Below are positions 9,308 to 19,100 of a DNA stretch of 38,486 nucleotides, one piece after another. Origin of the DNA: an uncultured Methanosarcinales archaeon (GTDB taxonomy: Archaea; Nanobdellota; Nanobdellia; Woesearchaeales; CAZXZL01); contig CAZXZL010000003.1 in NCBI GenBank assembly GCA_964645415.1, positions 4,124 to 42,609 on the forward strand. Direction: 5' to 3'. A program made the position numbers and the translations under genes. The notes under the pieces are model-generated. The model saw only the letters and a program-made list of their open reading frames with translations, ran no database searches and had not been told where the DNA came from. Numbering within the stretch: the first letter of the stretch is position 1; each line of letters starts with the position of its first letter.

Positions 9308-9387
9308 TTTTTAATTCAAATTAAACATACCTATATTTATAATAGAAACATTTAAATACCAAGTTATTAATTTTATAATGTGATAAA

Positions 9388-9951
9388 ATGACTTTTGCTG
9401 AAGCCTTTGAAACATTAATGACTGAGCATGGTGTTGCAATGTATGCTCTTCCTTTTATAATTATATTTACTATTGTTTTTGGTGTATTAGATAATTCTGG
9501 ACTTTTTTCAAAAAAAGATGGTAAAGATAATGTAAAAAAACCTAAATCAATTTATGTTGTTCTATCATTAATCTTTGCATTTGTAGGAACATATTTTATT
9601 AATGAATCTGGTGTTGCTGCCGGTTCAAGATTAGAATCTGCTTTGACTGGATCAATCCCAGTAGCAATTGTATTTATTATTGCTGTTTTATTTATAGTTA
9701 TTTTAGTTTCTTCTTTTGGTCTTGAAAAAAGCTGGTTAGAATTAGTTTTAGGTAAAGGTGATGATGGTCTTAAAATGAGTGGGATTTTTGTTTTAATATC
9801 TGTTTTATTAATTGTAGCTATATTTTTACATACTATTGGAATTTATTCATTTCCTCCTGCTTTAGGTTTTTTAAATACTGAACTAATCTCTTATTTAATT
9901 CCTATTTTAACTTTTGGAATTGTAGTTTGGTATGTTGTAAAAGAAGATTGA
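9388..9951 (+). CDS. Polytopic membrane protein, paralog 1 of 3 (unknown function)
   Basis: 187 aa. It shares architecture and local motifs with the next two ORFs: an N-terminal amphipathic segment, then a TM helix ending in ..Y/F-G/A-V-L, and a C-terminal TM helix ..P-I-x-x-F-G-x-V-x-x-Y/F-V-V followed by an acidic tail. GTGAT Shine-Dalgarno. Confidence 0.6.
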   Translation: MTFAEAFETLMTEHGVAMYALPFIIIFTIVFGVLDNSGLFSKKDGKDNVKKPKSIYVVLSLIFAFVGTYFINESGVAAGSRLESALTGSIPVAIVFIIAVLFIVILVSSFGLEKSWLELVLGKGDDGLKMSGIFVLISVLLIVAIFLHTIGIYSFPPALGFLNTELISYLIPILTFGIVVWYVVKED

Positions 9952-9984
9952 ATTTAATATTTTTTTAATAATTGGTGATAAAAA

Positions 9985-10578
9985 ATGTTTGAACAAATAT
10001 TCACAGAACTTGCAAATCAAGGAATCATTGATACAGCAATTCCAACTCTTTTAGTTTTTGCTCTTTTTTATGCAGTTCTTTATGAAACAGAAGTAATTTC
10101 AAAAAAGAAAGGAATTAATACAGTAATTTCATTTTCATTTGGTCTTTTATTTGCTTATTTTGGAAATCAAATTTATGTTGATTCAGGAATAACTTTAGTT
10201 CAATTAATAAATCACTCTATTTTAGATGTCACCATTATTATTTTAGCAGTTATCATGTTATTTGTATTATTAGGATCCATTGGTTATAATGGAGTTAATT
10301 TTGCAAATAGTAGTTATACTAAGTGGGGTTTTATCCTATTTTCATTATTTATTGTTGTATTTATTTTTATGCACACTGCAGGATTTTTACCAAGTAATAT
10401 TTCGAGTACTTTATCTAGTTATACTGAAAGTTTAAGCTTACTTGTTCCAATTGCAGTTTTTGGACTTGTTATTTACTTTGTTGTTAGTGAACCCGTTGAA
10501 GAAGATGATGATAAAGATAATGTTAAAGACAAAGCAAAAGAAATAATTAATGACATTGGTAAAGCTGTTGATAAATAA
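9985..10578 (+). CDS. Polytopic membrane protein, paralog 2 of 3 (unknown function)
   Basis: 197 aa with the same layout as 9388-9951. It has a GGTGAT Shine-Dalgarno and an acidic C-terminal tail (EEDDDKDNVKDK). Confidence 0.6.
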   Translation: MFEQIFTELANQGIIDTAIPTLLVFALFYAVLYETEVISKKKGINTVISFSFGLLFAYFGNQIYVDSGITLVQLINHSILDVTIIILAVIMLFVLLGSIGYNGVNFANSSYTKWGFILFSLFIVVFIFMHTAGFLPSNISSTLSSYTESLSLLVPIAVFGLVIYFVVSEPVEEDDDKDNVKDKAKEIINDIGKAVDK

Positions 10579-10608
10579 TTTATATAGAATAATTTTAATT
10601 TTTTTAAA

Positions 10609-11187
10609 ATGGCAACTTTATTAGATTTGGCTTTATTTGAATTCTTTGAACCTCTTTTCATATTTGTACTTATATATGCAATTCTTTATGGTGTTCTTAG
10701 TAAAATAAACATGTTTGGTGAAGATAGTTCATCTTTTAATGCTTTAATTTCTTTTGGAGTTTCTTTTCTTTTTATTTTATCTCCTAGTTTAAGAGAAGTA
10801 ATTTCTATTGCTCTTCCGTGGTATGCTCTTTTATTTGTCGTTTTAGGTTTTATCCTAATGTTCTTTTTATTTTTAGGTGTTGAAGATGATACTATTAAGA
10901 GTTTATTTTCTTCGAAAAAATATGGATTTGTTATATTTATTACGATTGTTATTTTTATTATAATATTTGTTTCTTCACTTATGGCAGTATATGGTGATGA
11001 TTTAAGAGATATGTCTGGAACCGATTACTCTGAAGACGATATCGAAGAAATTCCTGATGAAGCATATGCTGATAATATTGTTTTAACTTTAGTTCATCCA
11101 AAAGTTTTGGGAACATTATTTTTATTGGTATTTTCTGGTGCTGTTGTATTTTTACTTAGTTATTCTGAGTATGACATTTATGACTGA
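10609..11187 (+). CDS. Polytopic membrane protein, paralog 3 of 3 (unknown function)
   Basis: 192 aa with the same layout as the other two, plus an acidic loop (DYSEDDIEEIPDEAYAD). Confidence 0.6.
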   Translation: MATLLDLALFEFFEPLFIFVLIYAILYGVLSKINMFGEDSSSFNALISFGVSFLFILSPSLREVISIALPWYALLFVVLGFILMFFLFLGVEDDTIKSLFSSKKYGFVIFITIVIFIIIFVSSLMAVYGDDLRDMSGTDYSEDDIEEIPDEAYADNIVLTLVHPKVLGTLFLLVFSGAVVFLLSYSEYDIYD

Positions 11188-11241
11188 GATGACTTTTTAG
11201 TAGCAACAAAACTTTAATAAAATTAGTTACGATATTTTAAT

Positions 11242-11727
11242 ATGGCTGGTGATTCTAATAGTGGACAAGGTAATGTTAACAATAGTCCTTTTTCTAATAA
11301 AGTTAAAAATCAAAGTTCACAAGATGATGATAACCCTGTAAAAAAGATGCGTGATTTAATGCGTAGAATTCGTCTTGTTGAAGAGAGGATGGAATCATTA
11401 AGAAAAAAACTTCAGTTAATTGAAGATAATATGCTTAAAAATAATAGAAATTTCAAAGATGATGTAAAACATGTAAAAGATGAAAATGTTGATTTAAAAT
11501 TAAAAATTAAAAATATAAATGATGATATTAATTTAATTATTAAAGAATTAAAAAGTGCTCCTAAAAAAGAAGATGTAGAAGAGTTAAAAAAATATGTTTC
11601 TTTATGGGAACCGATTAATTTTTTAACAGAAAATGATGTTAAAAACTTATTAGATTGGAAAGTTGAAGAAGTAGTAGAAAAGAAACTTTCTCAAAAATTA
11701 AATGGTGATAAATATGCCTCAGAATGA
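11242..11727 (+). CDS. Coiled-coil protein (unknown function)
   Basis: 161 aa. It has a low-complexity N-terminus, then heptad-like charged repeats (RIRLVEERMESLRKKLQLIEDNM...). Confidence 0.55.
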   Translation: MAGDSNSGQGNVNNSPFSNKVKNQSSQDDDNPVKKMRDLMRRIRLVEERMESLRKKLQLIEDNMLKNNRNFKDDVKHVKDENVDLKLKIKNINDDINLIIKELKSAPKKEDVEELKKYVSLWEPINFLTENDVKNLLDWKVEEVVEKKLSQKLNGDKYASE

Positions 11728-12142
11728 ACAACTTGATGAAGCTATTCAAAATACAATTGAAGAAATTACTGAACAAATTATTGAAGAAAAATGGAATGAA
11801 CTTGTCGATATTATGAATAAGGTAATTGATTGGAAGAATGATGCAGAAGAAAGAATTACTAAATTAGAACAAAAAATAGAAGATGTTAGAAATTCTTTTC
11901 AAACATTAGAAAAATCTGTTATTAATAAAGTTGGAGAATATGATCAAAATGTTATGGAAGTAGGAACAAATGTTAAGGCTTTAGAAAAGGCTTTTCAAAA
12001 AATTGTTCCTCAATTTACAGAAGATGTTCATGAGCTAAGAAGAGTTGTAAAGTATTTAAAAGATATGAGAAAAATAGATATTAATCAAGTTGAGGAAGAT
12101 GATAATAATTTAGCTGATGAAAAAGTTTCAAGTTCTAAATAA
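11714..12142 (+). CDS. Coiled-coil protein (unknown function)
   Basis: The track ORF starts at 11702. I prefer ATG 11714 (MPQNEQL...) because GGTGAT lies at 11703-11708. It overlaps the upstream gene by 14 nt. The sequence is heptad-rich and acidic. Confidence 0.55.
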   Translation: MPQNEQLDEAIQNTIEEITEQIIEEKWNELVDIMNKVIDWKNDAEERITKLEQKIEDVRNSFQTLEKSVINKVGEYDQNVMEVGTNVKALEKAFQKIVPQFTEDVHELRRVVKYLKDMRKIDINQVEEDDNNLADEKVSSSK

Positions 12143-12164
12143 TTTTAATTGGTAGTGATAAATA

Positions 12165-12551
12165 ATGTCAAGAAAATCAAGAGGAATTGATGCTGAAAGA
12201 GAACTTTTACATATGTTATGGGATGAAGGTTGGGGTGCTATGCGTGTTGCTGGATCTGGTGCGATGAAGTATCCTAGTGCTGATGTTGTTGCAGGAAATG
12301 GTTTTCGTAGAATTGTAATGGAGTGTAAAAAATCTAAAAACGGTAGAAAATATATAAGTAAAGATCAAATTGAAGAGTTAAAAATTCTTTCTAAAAAATT
12401 TGCTGCTGAACCATGGATTGCTGTTAGGTTTCCACAAAAAATTTGGGAGTTTTTCATGCTTGAAGATCTTGATGAGAAGAAAAAGAGTTTTGCTATTAAT
12501 AGAGAAAAATCTATTACTTTTAAGCAAGTAATTGATAATTATGACTTCTAA
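12165..12551 (+). CDS. hjc: Holliday junction resolvase Hjc
   Basis: 128 aa. G..AERELLHMLWDEGWGAMRVAGSG....PSADVVAGNG...VMECKKS matches the archaeal Hjc pattern (the E..SGS..D..E-x-K nuclease core). Confidence 0.85.
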   Translation: MSRKSRGIDAERELLHMLWDEGWGAMRVAGSGAMKYPSADVVAGNGFRRIVMECKKSKNGRKYISKDQIEELKILSKKFAAEPWIAVRFPQKIWEFFMLEDLDEKKKSFAINREKSITFKQVIDNYDF

Positions 12552-12595
12552 ATTTTATCATTTCAGATTTTTTTAGTTTTCAGAGAAAAAAAGAG

Positions 12596-12679
12596 CGCCC
12601 AGGAGGGGATTTGAACCCCCAAGCTCCGAAGAGCACTGGATCTCAAGTCCAGCGGAATACCAGGTTATCCGACCTAGGC
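12596..12679 (-). tRNA. tRNA-Ser (anticodon TGA), class II with a long variable arm
   Basis: Reverse-complement cloverleaf. Acceptor is GCCTAGG/CCTGGGC. Anticodon stem is CTGGA/TCCAG with loop CTTGAGA. Variable arm is GCTC-TTCG-GAGC. T arm is GGGGG-TTCAAAT-CCCCT. Discriminator is G. Confidence 0.85.
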
Positions 12680-12795
12680 ATAGTATTATTTGTTAAGAGT
12701 TGGTTTTATTTATATCTTTCATTATTTTTATTTATCTTTTTAGTTTTGTGTGAAATTTTATTTCTTTTTATTTCTTTTTCTATTAGTTTTTTTTT

Positions 12796-13018
12796 CTTAG
12801 ATGATTTGTTCTCAAATTTTATCGAATTTGATAAGGATGGTACTATACTACCTGTAGCACTGTAGTTTCTATTAAATTCTATTTGTTTTTATCTTATTCA
12901 TATAATTACTTTTTTTTAGATGATTTTGATTTCTACTTTCTTTAGCTAAAGAAGAATACATACTGCACACTTAAACGAATAAATACACTTTAGCTAAAAC
13001 GAATACAGACTCTTTAGC
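12796..13018 (+). repeat. Intergenic repeat family, copy A (includes a 12-bp palindrome and ~24-nt tandem units)
   Basis: It shares cttagatgattt, aaggatggtac...gcac..tagtt..ttctattt, ttagatgattttgat and ctttagctaaag with copy B. A 26-nt core (12835-12860) is identical to the reverse complement of 38281-38306. Confidence 0.8.
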
Positions 13019-13113
13019 ATAATCTTTTTATTATTAATATAAATATATTTTAGTATACAAAATAATATAATAGATTAGAAAAATATATAAATTAACAAAA
13101 AGGATATTTGATA

Positions 13114-16100
13114 ATGGTAGAGTATACTATAGCGCATGCTACAATAGCCCTGTTAATAATCGCAGTTGTAGGAGGAGTAGGATCCACAGTAATAACTGAT
13201 GCAGAAAGTGATATTCTTGGAATTTGGGGTGAAGATCAAGAAGAGGATGTAGGATTTGAGCCGTATGAACCTGAATTAACTCAAAGTGAAAATGTTGTAG
13301 TCGATAATGTAATGTATTTTAAAGAAGGTGTTGAAATTTTTGAAAGGATTTCTTCTGACATTGTAAGTAATGAAAATCAAGTTGATTCAATCACTGGTGC
13401 TGGTTTTAGTTCACCTGTTTCAACCCAAGATTTACCAAGTGATATAAATGGTTATACTATTTATGATTTAATTTCTGAAACCAAAAATTATTATTCTGAT
13501 ATTGAAGACCCTAATTATAAAGATATAAATAACCCTTGTACAGATTATCTTGACTCAGGAAATCCTTCTTTTAAATTATCTATAGATAATAGTGATGAAG
13601 AAAATAGTAATCAAGATACTTTGAATACATATTTTTGTGGTGCTTTTGAGTTAGATAATAAAGATGATTTTCCGGATTATATTAAATATGAAAAAGATGA
13701 TAATAAGTTAACAATCCCAGTTAGCCATAGTCCATTTTCAGAACTTTTCTTAAACTATCAAAATATATTACCTAATGAAGGGCCAAGAACAGATGCTGGT
13801 CAATGGAGTACTGGTGATATGAGTCATTTGTTTAGTGAATCTCCTTTAAATGAAATAAACTTAGTTTTTCAAGTAGAGGATTATAGTGGGGATATGACTC
13901 ATATTATTGTACCTTTTGATACTGACCCTGAAGACTTTGAATTTTTTTACTTTGAAGATACTGAGTTAGAGTATAGTATTGCCCCACTTGTATTTAATGG
14001 AGGTTTTACAATACCATACTTTTACTTACCTGAACCTTGTTATGATGGAGATGGTGAGTTTGAAGATGAATGTCTTGGACAATCAAGTGGTTTTTTGGGA
14101 AGTTTTAGAGATTATTTAAATCAAAATTATAACTATCCTTCTTATCTTTTTTATTATGATTCTTTTCCTGAATCTGAAGAAGCTCATTGGGATTTTGATG
14201 AAGGAACATCTTTTTTCTGGGATATTATGTTCTCAGATTTATCTTATATTTATGATTCTATTTCTTCTCTTTTTTTAACAGAGGATGATGAAAATTTTGA
14301 AACGGATGGTGATATTTTTAATCATTTAGATGAGTCATATCGTGAGGGTGGAATTTTATACATGATGGGTTACCATGGTAATACTTCTAGAATCGTTCTT
14401 AATTATATTTTAGAAATTACAAAAGATAATAAAAAAGACATGATGGAAGATTTTTTGAGAGGTGATATACACAATGCTTGGAATAATGCTCCAGATAGAA
14501 TCATGAAAAATTTATTTTTAGATTTCTTTACAATTGAAGAAGAAAATGAACTTAGAGATAATACAATTAGTATTATTGAACGTTCAGTTTATAGTGATTA
14601 CGTAGATAATGTTTTAATGTTGCTTGATATAGAACCAAAAGTTACAGGATTTAATAATCAAGTTTCTGATTTTTTAGACCAATCTGATTCAAAATATATT
14701 TTAGAAGATAAATTAATGGAAGAGTATAGCGAGTCAAAATCAAATTTTTATTTATCTACATTAGAACAAATGGGTTCTTCTAATTTCTTTGATGCTTTTT
14801 CATCAATTGATCATAAAATATTACTTTTAAAAAATTATGAAAATAAAAACTATAATAAAAAAGACTTTAATCTTAATAGTTATCTTAATGATTTATCAAG
14901 GACTAAATCTGATGATGTCATTGAAAGTACTTTAAAGTTTAGTAGTATTCCTATTAATGAAGATTTAGAAAATTTCATTAAAGAAGTCGGATTAGAACGG
15001 TTTCATTCTTCACTAGAAAATTATTTTTCTTCTGGAAATAACTGGGATGATTTTTTTAAATCTTTTACTGGAAAAAACTTTAACTCTTTTGATAATTTCA
15101 TATATCAATATCCTTATTCAGAGATTAGTAGTTTTTCCGAATCTGAATTAGCTAGTTTAGGAATTTTTTTCATTATTGGAACTGAAAAATATCAATATAA
15201 ATATTTTAGGGATTTCTTATATAACAATCAACTTGAAGAGGATTTATACCTTGCTTCTGCTCAAAGTGGAAACAATTATGCTTCTTTTGAGATTGATAGT
15301 CCTCTATTTATAGATAAAGGAGGTGAAAATGTACCACAAAATTTTCATCTTATTTCACCTTGTCTTACTAACATCGATTTAACTTATGATAAAACATATT
15401 ATGAAATTGGGTCAAATGTTATCTACTTTCATGATGGTGTTTTACGGTTAAGTGATTCTTTAGAATCTGAGATAAAAGAAGATCTTTTATGTGAAAAAGA
15501 ATTTATTTTTGACCCTTATTTTGATTTAGAAAAAGATGATAGAGATGATTTGAATAATTACTTATTTGATCAATACTTTAATGATGATAAAAATCTGTTT
15601 TTTGAAATGATCTTTGAGAGTGATTTCTTTGATAAAAATTCTATTTTTGAATTCTATGATAATTTATATGAAGAATGTTTAAATGATTTATATTGCCATT
15701 TCTTTTTAGATGCATATCATTTAGATGAGGTTGCTGGAGAGATTTTATTTCAATTTTTTTCAGGCTTCCATAATTTTGGTGACTCCTTTCAATTTTATCC
15801 TATTTTTGGAAATAAAACTGATGGTGTTTGGAACTTTAATTTTGAATCGACTTTTGATGAGGGGCATCATAGTTATAGTTCTGCTAAGGGGGACTTTTTT
15901 ATAACTTCTGATAATATTCCAGCTTTTTTATTTCCTATTGCTTTAAGACATCGTTACCCACAATCTGATAATTTAAATGATGCAATTGACTCTGCATTTA
16001 ATGAATTTAATAAACTAAAACAGATTGAGGGAGAATGTAGTGAAATTATTTCATTAGTTGATGAGTATTTTTATTATGATTTTTATACAAAAATTAGAGG

Positions 16101-19100
16101 AAAAACTAGCGTATATGATTACTATTATTCTTCGGGTTCTCATAATTTTATAGATTCAGAATATCCTGAAAATTCTTTTTATGATTATTTTTATGTTAAT
16201 GAGTATACCTCTTCTGAAATTAATGACTTTAATGAGATTCTTTCTGAAGACCATATTCAAAAGTGGTTAAATGATAGAATTGGAAAGTTTAAATATGATT
16301 CTACTAAAGAAAATTTTATGTGTATTGAATATGTTGAAGAGTATATTTCAAATAAAGTAGATAACATTTTAGAATTAAAAGAGAGTTCTTCTTGTAATGA
16401 AGAGGTTAATTTAAATACTGGAGAAAGTATATCCTCGAGAATATCTACTAGTGAACGTAATAATATTATTATGCCAAATGAACCTTGTTTTAATGATCTC
16501 TTTCATCTTGAAAATATATTAAGTACCTCTTATTTACCTTTTGTTATAGATTCTTTATACTACGGAAAATCAAATATTGATAAAAATAATAGATACAATG
16601 AATTTATTGAAGAATTAATTTTACCTACTGTTTATATTGATGAAATAAGAAGAAATCATCAATCGATTTCAACATCAGATGAGAATTACAAAGAAAAGAA
16701 TCCTGAACTTAATACATACTTAAAACCATTTTCCTTTTTCTTTCAATTTTTATATCAAGATGTTGATGATAATTTAATTGTTTCTGATTTAGATGATAAA
16801 ATAAATAATTTATGTTCTGTTCCAGGGAGTTGTAATTATGAAGAATTAGATTATTTGAATTTTTCTGAATTAATTCATGAAAATAGTGATAATTTTAATA
16901 CTTTTTATTCTCCTTTTAGAGATTTTTTATTAATCCCAGATGATTTTGAGAGATTTAATTTAGACTTTAGTGAATCTGATAGTTCTGATGAAATCTATTC
17001 TAACCTTGAAAATATGTTTTCTTCAAAAGGTACCATGTGGAAAGATGATTATTTTGATATGATTTCTTTTATTAATCAAAATACTGATGGTGATTCTAAT
17101 AATTTACTTTTTGATTTTTATGAACAATTATATTCTGATTGTCTTTCTAATTTAGAATGTTCAATGTTTTTAGAATATTATAATCTTGATGAAGTCGTTG
17201 GAGAAATTCTTTTTAGATATTTTTCTGATTATTATCGATTAAATGAGATGTTTATAAGCATTGGTAGTAGTAGTTATTGGGATAATAAAAAACTATTTGT
17301 TACAGAAAGGAACATACCTTCTTTTTTATTTCCTATTGGATTAATGTATCGTTATAATACTAAATCTCTTGATGATGCATTAGATTTAGCAATCAATGAA
17401 TTTGATAATGAGATAAGTTCTGATTTAAGTTGTAATCAAATTATAAATATGGTTGATGAATATCTTTATGTTGATTATTTTAATAACAGACATTCTAGTG
17501 AATCATATTATGATGTATTTACAAGGGAAGGGGCAGGAATCGGTGCAACTGGCGATACACTCCCTATTCATTTTTATCAATCATACTCTGAAAATGAACT
17601 ATTTGAAGATTTAGAGACTGTAGATGATTGGTTTGATTTATTAATTGATGATTTATTTAATGAGTCAAGACCTTTAATGTTTGATGACTTTTCTTGTCTT
17701 AAAGAAGTTGAATCTTATGTAAATGACACATTAAACAAAATTAATGATAAATTTGAATCGAGTTCATGTAATAGTGATTTATTGTTAAGCCATTATGAAA
17801 GTGAAAAAATTGATTCAGATAGTGAAAATTTACCTAATAATTATTGTTTAAAAGAAATTCATAAATTAGACAATTTTTTATCTTCTAAAGGTTTACCTGA
17901 AATGATTGATAAATTACATAAGGGTGAAACATTAACATTTAATCTTGGACAAAGAAAATCTGACTTGAAAGATATAATGGAGACTTCACTTTATGAAAGT
18001 ATGTCTGATAATTTAAAAGGAAACTTTTTAGTCCCTTTTAATATGTTTTTTAACTTTTTAGATAATAATCAAGATAAAAACTCTTTTATAGATAATTCTT
18101 GTTACTATCCTTCATCTGATAATCATAATGATTTATTCATTTCAATAATTAGTGAACATATTGAAAAAGAATGTGAAAATAATTTTAAACCAGAAAGTTT
18201 ATTTGATAGGATATACAGTCTTAATATTATAAATGAGAATCACTTTGATAAATCTTATTTATATGATTTATTTAGTGATTTTGATGGTGAGATATGTGAT
18301 ATTCCTAGTACTGGAGAGGATTTCTTAAAAGAGATACATCAAAAAATAAGTGATGATTATAATAGTTTACATACTGATTTTATAATTTGTGACTTTGACT
18401 ATTATAATTTTAATCATGATTTATCAAAACATTTTCAAAACTCATTTAATGATTACGAATCAAATTTTTATCTTGATATCCCTTATCTTTTCTTTTCATT
18501 TTTATATGATGAAGATGTTTTAGATATTGATGGTTTAAAAACTCATGATAAAATTCTTAGTAGGCTTTTTAATTATGACTCAAAATCAAATATTCGTGGA
18601 AGTGATTTATGTGAAGAGAATTTCTTGTATTGTTTTTTTAATGAAGAGTTATTTGGTTATTATTATAATTGTTCTGATTATTCTGTTTCAGATGTTTCTC
18701 AAGATAGATCGGACTTTGTTTCACCAAGTTATATTTTAAGTGAACAATTATTTGATCCCATATCTTATGATATTCCTCTTCAAAATGTAATAGGAAGATT
18801 ATCATCTTATGTTGATAGTGATGATGATTTAGATTTTGATCAAAATGAATTCTATGATATTTTTTACAAAGAAGAACAATTTTCAACGAAAAATAATATT
18901 TTAGCTGAATCTGACCATATGAATGGTTTTTGTTATGGTAATTCATTTGAATTAAGAAAATCAAATGTTATTTTAACACAACTTAGATCTCAACAAATTG
19001 CTTTAAACGTTATAAGTGGTGCAGTTGGTTTTAAAGTAGGTTATAAATTTGGAGGTTTTATTGGTGGAAAAGCTGGTGCTGTTGCAGGAACTGGTGTTTT

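Noticed and set aside
12611-12865. An 84-aa plus-strand ORF.
   Set aside because: It overlaps the tRNA-Ser gene (antisense) and runs through the intergenic repeat. The translation is poly-F/L low complexity.
12911-12935. The tagatgattttgat block of the repeat considered as a C/D-box sRNA (C box RUGAUGA).
   Set aside because: The sequence is AGAUGAU, not UGAUGA. I found no appropriately spaced CUGA D box or terminal stem in any of the three copies.
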